From: Balanoglossus misakiensis
Lineage: Eukaryota > Animalia > Hemichordata
Length of the DNA stretch: 64,000 nucleotides
Direction of reading: 5' to 3'
Assembly (NCBI GenBank): GCA_040954595.2
Contig: CM082584.2
Location: forward strand, 5,832,110 to 5,896,109
Notes under the pieces: generated by a model
The model's input: only the letters and a program-made list of their open reading frames with translations
Database searches by the model: none
Told to the model about the DNA's origin: nothing
Translations under genes and position numbers: made by a program
Part shown: positions 12,701 to 24,912 of the stretch, one piece after another
Numbering within the stretch: position 1 is the stretch's first letter
Layout: each line of letters starts with the position of its first letter

Positions 12701-15332
12701 AAAAATGCGACATCAGCGTTGAAGAATGGTTCGATCACGAGTGACTTTGCGGAGTTACTTCGTGGAATAGAACATCTGCTGCCCGTCAGTTTGACAAGCA
12801 AAGTCCAAATACATTACAGGTGAGAATGCAATGGTCATAGCAAATTCTTGTTGGTCTATAGTTTGTTCGGAGAGGCTGAATGGGAACTACTTCAAATCAT
12901 GTGCAACTCACAAAGTGATAGGAACACCTTGTTTTCTTCTTTAATTCATTACCTTTAATTCATTAACACATCCGAAGTAATCATGTTTTTAACTGAAAAT
13001 TAATTATAGCGGGAATACTCGGTAGAATACCGCCTTACCACTAACTATGTTATGTATTTTCATAATCTGACTACTTTTTTTTGTTTAATATTATATTTCA
13101 GATGGTTAGATTACTTCGTTTCTCGCGTGTTGCTTCACGTAAACACGTACTTGAACAAGACAAGGCGCGACTCAGTCAGCTTACAGCATTCTTACTGGGC
13201 GGTGGAAAGACGCCTTTTGAAACTCGAAAAGGAAGCCGAGTCTGTGATGACCAACTTGAAAGCCTTTCTGGAAGAAAACGTGAAGATGGCCATCTCTCAG
13301 CTGCAGCAGCTGTTGCAGTCTGACGACATCAAGCGGAAGATGGGGGACTGGAGCGACATCGATAATCCCCAGGGTCTGACGTGGCCGGTGATCGAGTCCA
13401 GAATCGAAGCGGCCATCACGGAAAAGCTGCACAAACTCCTATGCGAGTGGGAGGAGTCGGCCAACTTCTTCGGCGTCCTGCAGCCGCTCCTGTTGGCCAA
13501 GTTCCGGGCCGAGTTCCAGTCGATCGAGGGCAAGATGGCGGCCATAGAGACGTCCATCGAGAGACCGGACATCCAGATCGACGACGAAGAGATGGTCACC
13601 AAGGACATCGTTCACGACGAAATACACAAGTACAAACACAGCCTCATTCAGATAAACGCGAAAAAGAATGCTGCGGATCGGAGTTCGACGTCGTCAATAT
13701 GGCTGCCGTTCAATATTCTTGGCTCAATGTTCACTCTACCTATGTGGTTTGGACGCAAAAACATGAAAGGTTTGCATTTCAAATTACTTCATTCCAGATT
13801 TTCAAATTTGACGCCGTTACTAAGTTGACAACATACATTATGCCAAAAGCATTTTATTACGCTTATGCCTCCGAGAGAATTATACTAAATTTTACTTCAA
13901 TTAAAAGGGTTTGGCGTAGTAAAGAAATTCATAATCACCTCTTATTAGGGTAGAACCATTTGATTTTCTTGTCAAATCTTTGAAAAATATGAGAAAAAGA
14001 TTACTGACATTAGTCACAAGATTCGGTTGTTTTGTTACAACGACAATCGGTTATGCGGACCGCAGTCCTGTGTGCGGACCGACAACAAGTAAACTTTCCT
14101 ATATAACCCACAGTTGTCATAAAAAATTCACTTTCCCTAGCCGGGAATCGAACCCGGGCCTTGTGGGTGAAAGCCACATATCCTAGCCACTAGACCACTA
14201 GGGATTGCTGGGAGATTCACACATTCTTGGATTTTTCTTTGTCTATCGACAACTTCAGTGCTTCTTCTTTGAAATATCTGAGACACTGCATGATTGTTGT
14301 CATTATTCACAAATTTCAGGTTATTTTGTTACAACGACCATCGGCTACGCAGACCGTCAGTACTTTCTCAAGAAAACTTTCCTAAATTCGTCCTTTTAGG
14401 ACGCAATACAAACAAATTATTCGGTAAGGCTACAAATTTTGATGAGACAGGGATAACATTTATAGAATTCACTGATATAGGCCGTTATGGTAAAAAAAAT
14501 GTGTCTATACCATATTTTGCCCAAGAAATTTGAGATTGAAAAATGTTGTCACGAACCTCACACGTTACGTCAAATTAGCATAACTACTGTTTAAAAACCA
14601 CAGTCGCCATCAAAAAAATTACACTTTCCCTAGCCGGGAATCGAACCCGGGCCTTGTGGGTGAAAGCCACATATCCTAGCCACTAGACCACTAGGGATTG
14701 CTGGGAGTTTGAAACATTTCTTGTCTGATGACGACTTCACTGCTTCATTCATAATCACCTCTGATTAGGGTAGAACCATTTGGTTTCTGGGGGGGGGGGG
14801 CGAGGTGTATGGGGGGATTTCTTGTCAGATCATGTAAGATCAAATAGTTTATTCTGCAATGCCTTGAGGAAAAAGTTGAACAGACAACCGAAAAACAATT
14901 TTCTGACATACCCAAATCCTTCGTCGCCCCCAGAAATCATCTTGTTTCTTCCCTGACTAATGATATTTCACATCTACAGGTCTCTACGACAAACGGGGCG
15001 AACAAGCCCAGATGCATATGTACCAGAAGAATCCTGTCAAATACATGACACAGCGGGCGTTGTACGTGTTGGAAAAGTTTGCCCACGAAGAAAATGTGCG
15101 AAAATACGTGGTTTCTCAACTGAAGCCAGTATATCATGTCGTATCGAAGTTAGAAGTCACCGTGCCCAAAATGATAGTAGCTGATAGAGAGGTTAGTTGC
15201 ATTGTTACGGAAGTTATGCACGTAATAATATGATACGAAATAGAATCGTTTTCATGATAATGACATTTTGAAATTCTCATAACGCCAACATGGTTGTCTG
15301 TCTTCAATCTTTAATAAAATATTTTAATAAAT

Positions 15333-15421
<89 letters not shown>

Positions 15422-17180
15422 GTCGTTGCTTTAATCATACACTTCTCGCAAGAACTGTCTTTTACAACAACACTTGAAACTATGGAATTGGGTTTTCAAG
15501 ATTGACTTGTAATCTCTCAAGAATTTGACATGACGAACATTTCGATTGAATCATCATTTCAGATGATGGAATCCCTAAAGCGAGACACCAGAAGCGTGGA
15601 CGAAATACGGAAACTGTATGGACCAACTCGAGAGGCATTCGACAAATATTATGGTCTTCTCTCCAAATATGGCTACGAGGACATCCGGGAATTTGAAATC
15701 GACCCGACTGAGTTGAAAGGTTATTCGTCATCTCCAGTTTCCCAGTGCGGTTTCTATGACTACCACCTCATGGAAATGAGTCGAGTAGGCAGCGAAATAC
15801 CCATGCCAGTCATAGTCAAGAGATACTTAATGGATCTCGATGAAGACAGTGCTTTTCTGATGAGAAAAGAAGAAGAATACTTCAGGTGCCTGTCATTCTG
15901 CTTGTTTGTCCTTTTAAAGTGACATGGCACATATAACTGTTTGCGTCATGTGAAAGTAATAATGTTATTTTGCCGGTAACCCCAGTTTGGAGCAATTTTC
16001 TTAGTATATTTGACCCGGGTATCAACTGTCCTACTCTTACCTAGACCAAATATTTCCTTCATTTTTAGTCAAAAATTCTTCTCTAAATTCCCTTGTAGGG
16101 ACGTTAACGTTGTCTTTCAGGTGTGTTGAAATCATGACAAAATTAGCACTGGGGTATTTTTGAGGGTATTTTGTCATCAAAATCCGCTCATCAGATTGCT
16201 TTGGAATTTGATTTGCTTGGTCCTAGGAAAGTCCTTGGTTTCAAAATAATCTAGAATCAAGTTGATGTGAACTTTGATTAGCACGGCCCTGGGAACATTG
16301 AAGAGAAGAGACACTAAACATCGCACATCTTTTTTTTCAGGAAGCTTCGTTTCCCCAACAACATCCCCACACTTCTCGGTCTAACACAAGATCCCATGTG
16401 CTCCACAAAGAAGCCAGCGATGGTTCTACAGAACTGTCGATACTCACTGCGCAGACTCCAGAAAGGCGAGATCAACAAACGACCAGCGAGTTTCTACAAG
16501 CCAATCGCTGTACAGTCTGTAGTGTCGTACATCATGGACATCACGTGTGGCTTGGACTTCTTGCACAGGAAAGGGCTGGTGCACATCGAACTGTCGCTGG
16601 ACACACTCATGGTGAGTGGGCGTAAGGAACAAAATACTTTACCCCTGCAAGAAAAAAACACGAATTTTCCTTAATTGCCTGAACCCCATGCTATCAAAAC
16701 TAGGGCGTATCTCAGCTTTGTTGAGGGGGGTACCGTTGATTTAACAGCGTGTCAGTAATCCTTGTTCCATTTTCGTCGTTTCAGGTTGGCTCAGATGGTA
16801 ACGTGATGCTGACCAATATCAGTCTGCCTCGGAAAGTGCAGGCACCCCCGGACAACAAGTCCCACTGGTTCATCTACCTGAGCCCCGAAGTGCTGCAGGG
16901 CGACGTGTACGACACGGCGGCCGACATGTACAGCATCGGACTGGTCATGTGGGAACTGTGGTACGGCGAGAAAATCACCAAACACTACAAGGACGAGGAC
17001 CTGGCCAGCATGGAGGTCTTCGCGTCGCGCGTGAAGAACCCGCACATGGACGGCTGCAAACCCATGCACAGCGACTGGTGTGACGTCATGGAATGGTGCT
17101 GGGCAGACCCTTACCAACGACCGACGGCCAATGTTGTGTTCGACAAGGTGAAGACTATTAAGTGGGAAGACGATCTGTAG
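9746..17180 (+). CDS. Dynamin/mitofusin-like GTPase fused to a C-terminal pseudokinase, paralog of gene A ('gene B'), about 1008 aa
   Basis: Eleven exons join in frame: 9746-9934, 10059-10272, 11507-11796, 11975-12115, 12250-12435, 12683-12819, 13102-13769, 14980-15191, 15563-15885, 16341-16611, 16785-17180 (3027 nt, ending TAG). GTPase motifs: G1 GETSAGKS, G3 DSPG, G4 NKWD. The kinase fold is recognisable (VIVK, YLSPE, DMYSIGLVMWEL, CW..P.QRP), but HRD is replaced by HIE and DFG by NIS. Confidence 0.88.
10416..10716 (+). repeat. ~300 bp tRNA-Glu-containing unit with an inverted copy at about 13966-14267
   Basis: Both flanks of tRNA copy 1 (…AAGAATGTGTGAATCTCCCAGCAA upstream; …GTCGGTCCGCACACAGGA…AACAACCGAATCTTGTGACTAATGTCAGTAATCTTTTT… downstream) match the reverse complement around copy 2, with scattered substitutions. 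Confidence 0.85.
10476..10547 (+). tRNA. tRNA-Glu (anticodon TTC), in gene B intron 2
   Basis: 72 nt cloverleaf: acceptor stem TCCCTAG/CTAGGGA, anticodon stem TGTGG/CCACA around CT-TTC-AC, T-loop GGTTCGATTCC. An oligo-T Pol III terminator follows at about 10554-10560. Confidence 0.93.
14133..14204 (-). tRNA. tRNA-Glu (TTC), in gene B intron 7, antisense to the host gene
   Basis: Reverse complement is identical to 10476-10547. A plus-strand A-run at about 14121-14126 gives the terminator. Confidence 0.93.
14626..14697 (-). tRNA. tRNA-Glu (TTC), second copy in gene B intron 7
   Basis: Identical tRNA body. A plus-strand A-run at about 14612-14618 gives the terminator. Flanks are more diverged. 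Confidence 0.92.
15335..15421. repeat. (CAT)n microsatellite in gene B intron 8
   Basis: Perfect trinucleotide repeat. Confidence 0.95.
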
Positions 17181-19203
17181 ACAGTCCCACTATAAAGCAG
17201 TGAGATCGGATATTGACTAGACACAATAGGTGTTGAGTTTTGTGACTATTAAACTACATGTACTTGGAGACTTTCCCTCTTCGTGGCTTCGAAGATGTCT
17301 TTATAGAAATTACCTGACTGTGTACATGCCTCAGGATGTGCACTCTTTATTTGCTTTAATCAAAGATTCCGGAACACGACATCGACAACATTACAAACGT
17401 ATTCACGTAATTCTTCCAGTGTGCCAATGACAAGAGAAATATCTTCCTTAGTACTTTTGTGCCAAAATTTAATAAAATTAACACGTTTTTTTCCTTGGAA
17501 CACTGTACAAACTGCGGCTTTAATGGACTGAAGAGGAATCCTTTGCGAGATTCGCCATAACTTGCCCAGTATTATTTCCAACGAGTTTTTTTTACAGTAG
17601 TTTAGATGTTTTCATGTGTATGTGCATCTGGTGCCGTAGGGGCTTTAAATGACATTTACAAATTGAATGAACTAATTAGTGAACGAACAAATGAATGAAA
17701 TATAACACGGATCGGACTAACAAACAAAGATAACTTTTAGACGGAAGCTACACATTTCATATATCTCGACAATGTATGCCAGGACAAAGTCCCCCCCCCC
17801 CCCCACACACACACACACACAGCGTGGCAGGACTTACAACCGTAAACCCTGAAGACAGCACCAGCACTGGACCAAAGACTGATCGTCCACTGACAAGGAA
17901 CCATTTGACGTACTTTAAGTGTGTCATAAATCGCAGTATTCAATTTTAGGAGCATTCAATTTCAAAGCTACATTTTTTATGTTTTTTTTAAAAAAGACGG
18001 CATGTCTTTGACATAACGGATTCATCTATGAATAACACACGTGACCATGTACAGGTGAATACAGAGTGTGCAATATGCCCACTGCATAGGTAATGGATAT
18101 CGTCTAATAGTTTCTAAAACATTTTGTCTACAGAATTCTAGTTTTAACTGTATGCCCTAATCACAAGGTGACTGTGTACATTTTACATGCAATTGACCGT
18201 AGCATTTTATGCTACAATTCAAAGAATAATATGTAATGAAACATTCTATTTTGTCTCAGTTACCACCATCATTCCATTGTCTAAGCTTATGATTGGAGTA
18301 GCTGTGGGAACTGACACGAATTTTGAAAGTATTTTAATTTTTTTGTATTGAAATTAATGTAATAAACAGTATTATGTCAATCAGGGAAAACTACGAGTGT
18401 TTGCATTAGTATGAAGAGTATTACCAAGATAACTGCATTGCACTTCCTCAAAATAGTAGCTGTACCCTTAATCTTTATCACTTCTGCAAAAAGGGACCAT
18501 GTCAACTGCGACACTAATATCGACACCTTGAAAGTATATACAGTAACCTGCCCAGAACCTTCCCAAACTGGGCACCCACCAACTGAAGTTTCTTGTATGT
18601 CTGCTTCAGACGGACTGCTTTATCATGCAACAAAGATATGAAGTAAATAAATGCAATCACAAAATCATGTTTGGTGTTGCAGTTTATCGTCTGCAAATAA
18701 ATTTATTGTAAACTAGAGCTTGTGAGAGAACACCATGATGAAAATTCTGGTCAAAAGTGTTGCAGGTCTTCTCAGCAAGCAGGTCTTCAGGTCTTGACGA
18801 GATCTCAGCAGTGAATTCTGATGCCTGGAGAAAAAAGAGAGTAGAAATTTTGGTGTATAAAGACAGATGCCGAATTCTTGCTTGAGACTTCAACTTGGCA
18901 AGATGCTTTTTGGAATATGCAGATAGGATACAAGACCAGTTACCCCCTCTGCTTTTATGGAAAATGCCAAGAGTTTAACTGTCCTAGAAACACAGATTAC
19001 CAATGCCTGATGACAGAACACCCACTTCCTTAACAAGGTGAAATGGCCACCACAGAAAATACATGTATTTGTCCAAAGATATGTCAATGCTATACTTAAG
19101 TGAATTTCTGTGTTTGACACTACAACTGTCAATATGAGTGTTGTTCTGAAGCATCTGGAGGCAGTCAACTTCCTTACCTGAATATAAAAGCGTCTTTGGC
19201 CTG

Positions 19204-20024
<821 letters not shown>

Positions 20025-20314
20025 CTTGCTGGTGGCATGAGCTGCGATCAAAAAGGACGAACCCATACGGGTTTCCGCCTTTGAAAACAAGGGAAGACAT
20101 AGGCTCGTATATCAACATTTAATAGGTTGAAAGCGATCGTAAGGAATAATGCACTTATTGTTGAATAATGAGAGCTACCACTATAAAACAACTATCAGAT
20201 ACACCATTATTCCAATTTCGATGTTTTGAAGTGAAAACAAATCTGAATAAATCAACAACAAAATACGTGCCGTGTTCGAGTCTATTTTACCCACAAACCA
20301 TTGCGGTAGCAAAT
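20025..20314. promoter_or_regulatory. Bidirectional promoter region of RPS28/NDUFA7
   Basis: Only 290 bp separate the divergent ATGs. A pyrimidine-tract (TOP/TCT-type) start lies on the minus strand at about 20056, and a YY1-like AATATGGCG overlaps the NDUFA7 ATG. Confidence 0.7.
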
Positions 20315-22305
20315 ATGGCGACGGCTACGAAGTGGGTCGTTTGGATTCGCAATTTACTGGCTGGTGTAAGTCGTTGCTTTTTATCTCACCAATTATCTAA
20401 CAACACTGCATACTTTCAAATATGTTTAACTATCGGCAACGGAAACACGAACTTGCATCAGCACCGCAGAAAGGCGAATGCCATCCTCACAGTGTACTCT
20501 ACCGTCTTCGTTTCGGAGTGACTCGTACTCGTAGACTGTCCTCCACTCCAGCCCCATTTCGATGTTTTGTAACTAACTGATGTTCTGAATGCGAAACAAA
20601 ATTAGTGGGAGCAGGATTCTTATGCATTTTAAATTACTGCGGCTAATGTAGGAAAAGCACATACATAGATGTGACTGCTTAGTTGCGTGTTCCTTAGATC
20701 ATCGCCACCACCATCACTGTGGGCTCACAGTACAAAGTGAATGACATTGATTGACACTCCTGACTGTGTTCAGCAAAGCACACTGTTCAAATTCGGAGAC
20801 CGTCTTTGTCGAGAGAAACTCGGCCTATCGGGGACATGTTGAAAATTCAATTTTATTGCATGACAGTTATCGCCGATCGGAACGAGGGGGACATCTATTA
20901 ACATTTAAAAAATGAAATTCACTTCATGCATCTAATGTAATGTGGTGACCCTGACCTATCCCTTTAACTTTAAGAAATGTATTGATAAGAGAAACAAAAG
21001 GCTACAAAACAGTAAACTCCAACACTTGAATGTATATACTTAGTGTGTCTTCGTTTGTATTTCTATTTCAGAGAAATTACCAAAACAAGTTACAATTGAG
21101 ATATGCAAGAGAACAGGCACCAAGGTAAAGTTCTGTGTATTCTGTCAGAATTAATCCATGATTGGTAAGAATAACAACCCAAACAGGCAACCAACCACTA
21201 GTACATGAATCACACAGAGGTGAAACTTTTCTAAACCAAACATACATACATGTAGTCTGATATGTGAATCTGTCTATCAGTTGACATTTGTTCATACGTG
21301 TAGTTGCTTGATCTGAACATTGGATTGTTTGAGTCTAAATTGTCCTGTCAGTTTTTCACCATCCACGTTCTCTTGATGAGAAATCTTTCTGTATGCCAGA
21401 TCACTTGTTGACACAACTCGCCCCCCCCATCCTGTATAATGTGACGACTTCATCACAATTTATGGTACTGGCAAAAAAAAGATAGTATTTACAAAGACGT
21501 GACATCTGGTAGTGAGCTGAGCTCTGAATACCAGAACTTCAGTGTGTACATGTATCATGGTGTACAACAATTACAATCATATACCAGGTAGATATCTTCT
21601 AACACCAAAGAATCCACAAAAAGGCCATAGATAGTGAATTTGTCACTTAAAGTGTGAATTTTATTTGTTGACAGAACCATACAAGAACCCAATTTACCCG
21701 GTGGACCATCTCACAGACTAGCTAACAACTACTACTGCACCAGAGATGGACGCAGGCTTGTAGACAAACCAGAGATTGTGTTCTCACAAGTGAAAAGACT
21801 TCCTGCTCAAGTTTCTAGGTAAGTGTGCAATGGTTGAACTGTTCAACCATGCTAGGTGAATGCTAGGTATTCCAATGTACACTATCAACCAACAGTGAAA
21901 TAATGGAGAAAGAATGTTCACAAAAATTCCTGTTTGGTACAGGAAGATTTCGCAAAAAGCAGTTACATGTAGTTCATGTTGCATACAATTACACATCATG
22001 AAAAGTGGCAAACAAAAATAGGCTAGTATTACCGGTGTTAACACTGCCACCAACGGTCACAAGATTTGTTTCAAAATGTTAGTAATTTTTTTTGTACAGG
22101 AGCAAGTCAGAGAGAAAATTTAGTTACAACTTACAAGTGAAACCCATATATTGTATTTTTAGCACAGTTGAATGCTATTGACATATGTCTTATTTTACAT
22201 CATTTTTTTTTCAGCACAACATCATCAGTACCAGCGGAGAAACCATTACCAAAGCCTGGTAGTGAATACCAGTGGAAGATTTCTCAAGATGAACCTTACT
22301 TGTGA
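20315..22305 (+). CDS. NDUFA7: NADH:ubiquinone oxidoreductase subunit A7 (B14.5a), 112 aa
   Basis: Exons 20315-20365, 21072-21124, 21675-21818, 22215-22305 give [28 protein letters not shown]…[21 protein letters not shown]…[10 protein letters not shown]. This matches the NDUFA7 signatures KLQLRY, [18 protein letters not shown] and C-terminal DxPYL. Confidence 0.95.
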
Positions 22306-22885
22306 GAGTCCTACAAATGTTTTGTGGTGGTGTGGCAAGATTGTAAAATAGAACTGTACATTTTTATTACAAGTAGTTGACTAATGAAGGGCACTATTAC
22401 ACAATGCATGTGTTTTACATACAAGACAGGCTTCCCCAAAGATCTGGAAATAAAAAATCAAATCTTTTGACTGCATTGTATGTAGAATTTTACTTTCCAT
22501 GAAGTGTGTTACATTTAGTGCAAAGTGGTGTGGAGCTAAGCTTTGTTGCAGCAACTTGTAAAAAATGTGACGCAAATGTTGAAAACCAATGCGATACCAG
22601 TCTGGTTATATAGATCAGCGTGGGCCAATGCATCACAAATTTCAATAGAGACATGCTTTTTTGAGTTTAAAGTATTTTGATTTCTATGCTTTGCTTTGTA
22701 CACATGTGATGTGTTTGTTGGCATTTTGATGGAATGATTAAAAGTCGTTGATACATTAATTGAAATAATAGTCTGATTGTATATATTCATTCCTCAACAT
22801 CATGTCATGGTAGACTGAATGAATCAATTCCTAGCCATCCCTCAGTCTATTGTTCATTGTCATTTGCATGATATAGATATCACTG

Positions 22886-22902
22886 TAGCGCCCTCTTGTG
22901 GC
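22886..22902 (-). promoter_or_regulatory. CTCF-like motif GCCACAAGAGGGCGCTA
   Basis: One mismatch to the CTCF core CCASYAGRKGGCRS; located just downstream of NDUFA7. Confidence 0.45.
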
Positions 22903-23340
22903 CAATACGGACTCAGCTTCGCGTACGTTTTTCTCTGAGAAAGGTGTTTGGTGCGTACGGGTTGAAAAATTCAATGGTTTCAGTACTAAACGTTTGACGA
23001 ATGATTGGTTATCCCCTGTCATAATCTACAAGAACATGCTGACTTGTGACGTATGTTTTTTTTTTTCATTGCGCATCTTGCATGGAAATAGATACATCAC
23101 TCCAGGCAGTTGAGAAATAGGGTTGAATTTTTAGCGACTACTTCAAGGGTACTGAAGGGCATTTCTATAAATACATGCCCTGTTTTTGTCTCATTTAATT
23201 TGCAAACAGTTTAAGTTGCCCGGCTGGATATTCACGTCGGTCTATCTCTACTGTTTGGTTAGGTGGGCCTTTACGGGAAAGTTTTGAGTCTGTCCGCATA
23301 ACCATCACTTCTCAAGAAAAGAACTTGAAAGAACTTGAAG

Positions 23341-23380
23341 TTTTTCTTTCTTTCTTTCTTTCTTTCTTTCTTTCGTTCGT

Positions 23381-23460
<80 letters not shown>

Positions 23461-23462
23461 TC
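23341..23462. repeat. (TTTC)n microsatellite
   Basis: Tandem repeat, seen directly. Confidence 0.95.
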
Positions 23463-24769
23463 ATTCACCCACCCATGTTTATCGTCATATAATGATATGC
23501 ATCATTCAGATTTACTATCACGGGTGTGAATAATAACTCCTCGCCATTTAACGAATAATCAACATCACGTTTACTGGGGGATATTTTCCCATCTGACGAC
23601 GTACAGCGCCAACAATCCAAAACCGTCTCCGACCTTCTCTCAATGTCAAATATGACAAGCATTTCAAGATAGACACAGGATATCGGTGAAGAAATCGTCA
23701 GCACAGTAACAGGTCAAACATCTGTTTGGTCACGCTGTGTGGAAACTATTGTGCGATTTCAAACATTTCACACTTTTCACGTAACAGTTTGAGATTCGAG
23801 TCCAGGAATATGGTGTTACCCTTCAACATGCGAGAAGTGAGCATCCATGCCTAGCTGAAGTCCTAGATTTTTCATTTATACATTTTTTTCAATGTTAGTC
23901 CGAACGTGTGACACGTTAGGTCCATGCATGTTAGGGCCACATATTACGTGTTAGCCGGGTCTACCCATTTGAGATACTGCAGTCTGACGTTGAGTGCCGA
24001 CGAAAGCTGCCTACATTGGAACTTGTACATTCTTTCTATCCACCATAAACCAGGTTGAACATTTAATCGATACAACTTCTCTAGCGATGAAATGTCATTG
24101 CTTTTTCAGAGACCAGGATCTGACCAACCGACCTGGGGTGAAAGCGTGAAAAGTGAGATATTTGTCGCGTGTCATCAATTTCTTATCAAGATGACTAATC
24201 AGAAAGACACTTCATCAATTCTGAAATTATTAAAACGTGTCATTTTGCCGACACTCGCTCTTCAATTCCCCCATCTACTCTTGCCCCCTGTCTGCACTGG
24301 CTATCTCTATCCCCTGTAGGCCTGTAGGCAAGGCGAATTGATATACATCCATGCACCATGGTTTATAAAGGCCACCGATTTTCCAACATCGACATGTTCT
24401 GTAGACAGCCTCGTAGCATTTTGTCCTATATTTCATAGCTACAGGCAAATTAGAAATGGAACTTTTCAATGCAGACTTCGTAATAATGTACAATGTTTTG
24501 ATTCAAAGCATTCCTTGGGCAAACTACATTCATGGCAGATCAAAAAGAACTCGGACCCAGTGGACCTTGTGATGACAAGATTAATCATTTCATCTTTCAA
24601 TGTAATGTTAGACGTGCTTTTTATTTTTATTGGCCGCATCTCTACCAATTACTTACCTCACATATTTGGGGCATGCATGCAACTTGAAATCAAGACGAAT
24701 TGTATTTGAAGTAGAGCCGAATGAACTACTAGGAAGAACAGAAGTGCTTTTACATGGCCTGCATGCATG

Positions 24770-24912
24770 TACACAGACATACAGACATACATACATACAT
24801 ACATACATACAGACAGACCTACAGACAGACATACAGACAGACAGACGGATGGACGGACGGACGGATCGACCGACAGACAGACAGACGGACGGACGGATAG
24901 ACGTGGATAGAG
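24770..24912. repeat. Compound (CATA)/(CAGA)/(GGAC) microsatellite
   Basis: Tandem repeat, seen directly. Confidence 0.9.

Noticed and set aside
10476-14697. Reading the tRNA copies as tRNA-derived SINEs
   Set aside because: Each has a perfect cloverleaf, an identical body, an immediate oligo-T terminator and no tail or TSD, which fits genuine tRNA genes better.
316-17180. Assigning the symbol DSTYK to gene A or B
   Set aside because: The architecture is similar, but orthology cannot be shown without a phylogeny, so the symbol is left blank.
22100-22105. Possible 6-nt NDUFA7 microexon after an acceptor-like TTTTGTACAG
   Set aside because: The donor is weak and the protein is complete without it.
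23157-23272. TATA-containing hairpin followed by GGCTGG…GGGCCTTT, resembling a Pol III small RNA (Y or vault type)
   Set aside because: There are no box A/B or Ro-binding motifs, the terminal stem is poor and the terminator is only T3.
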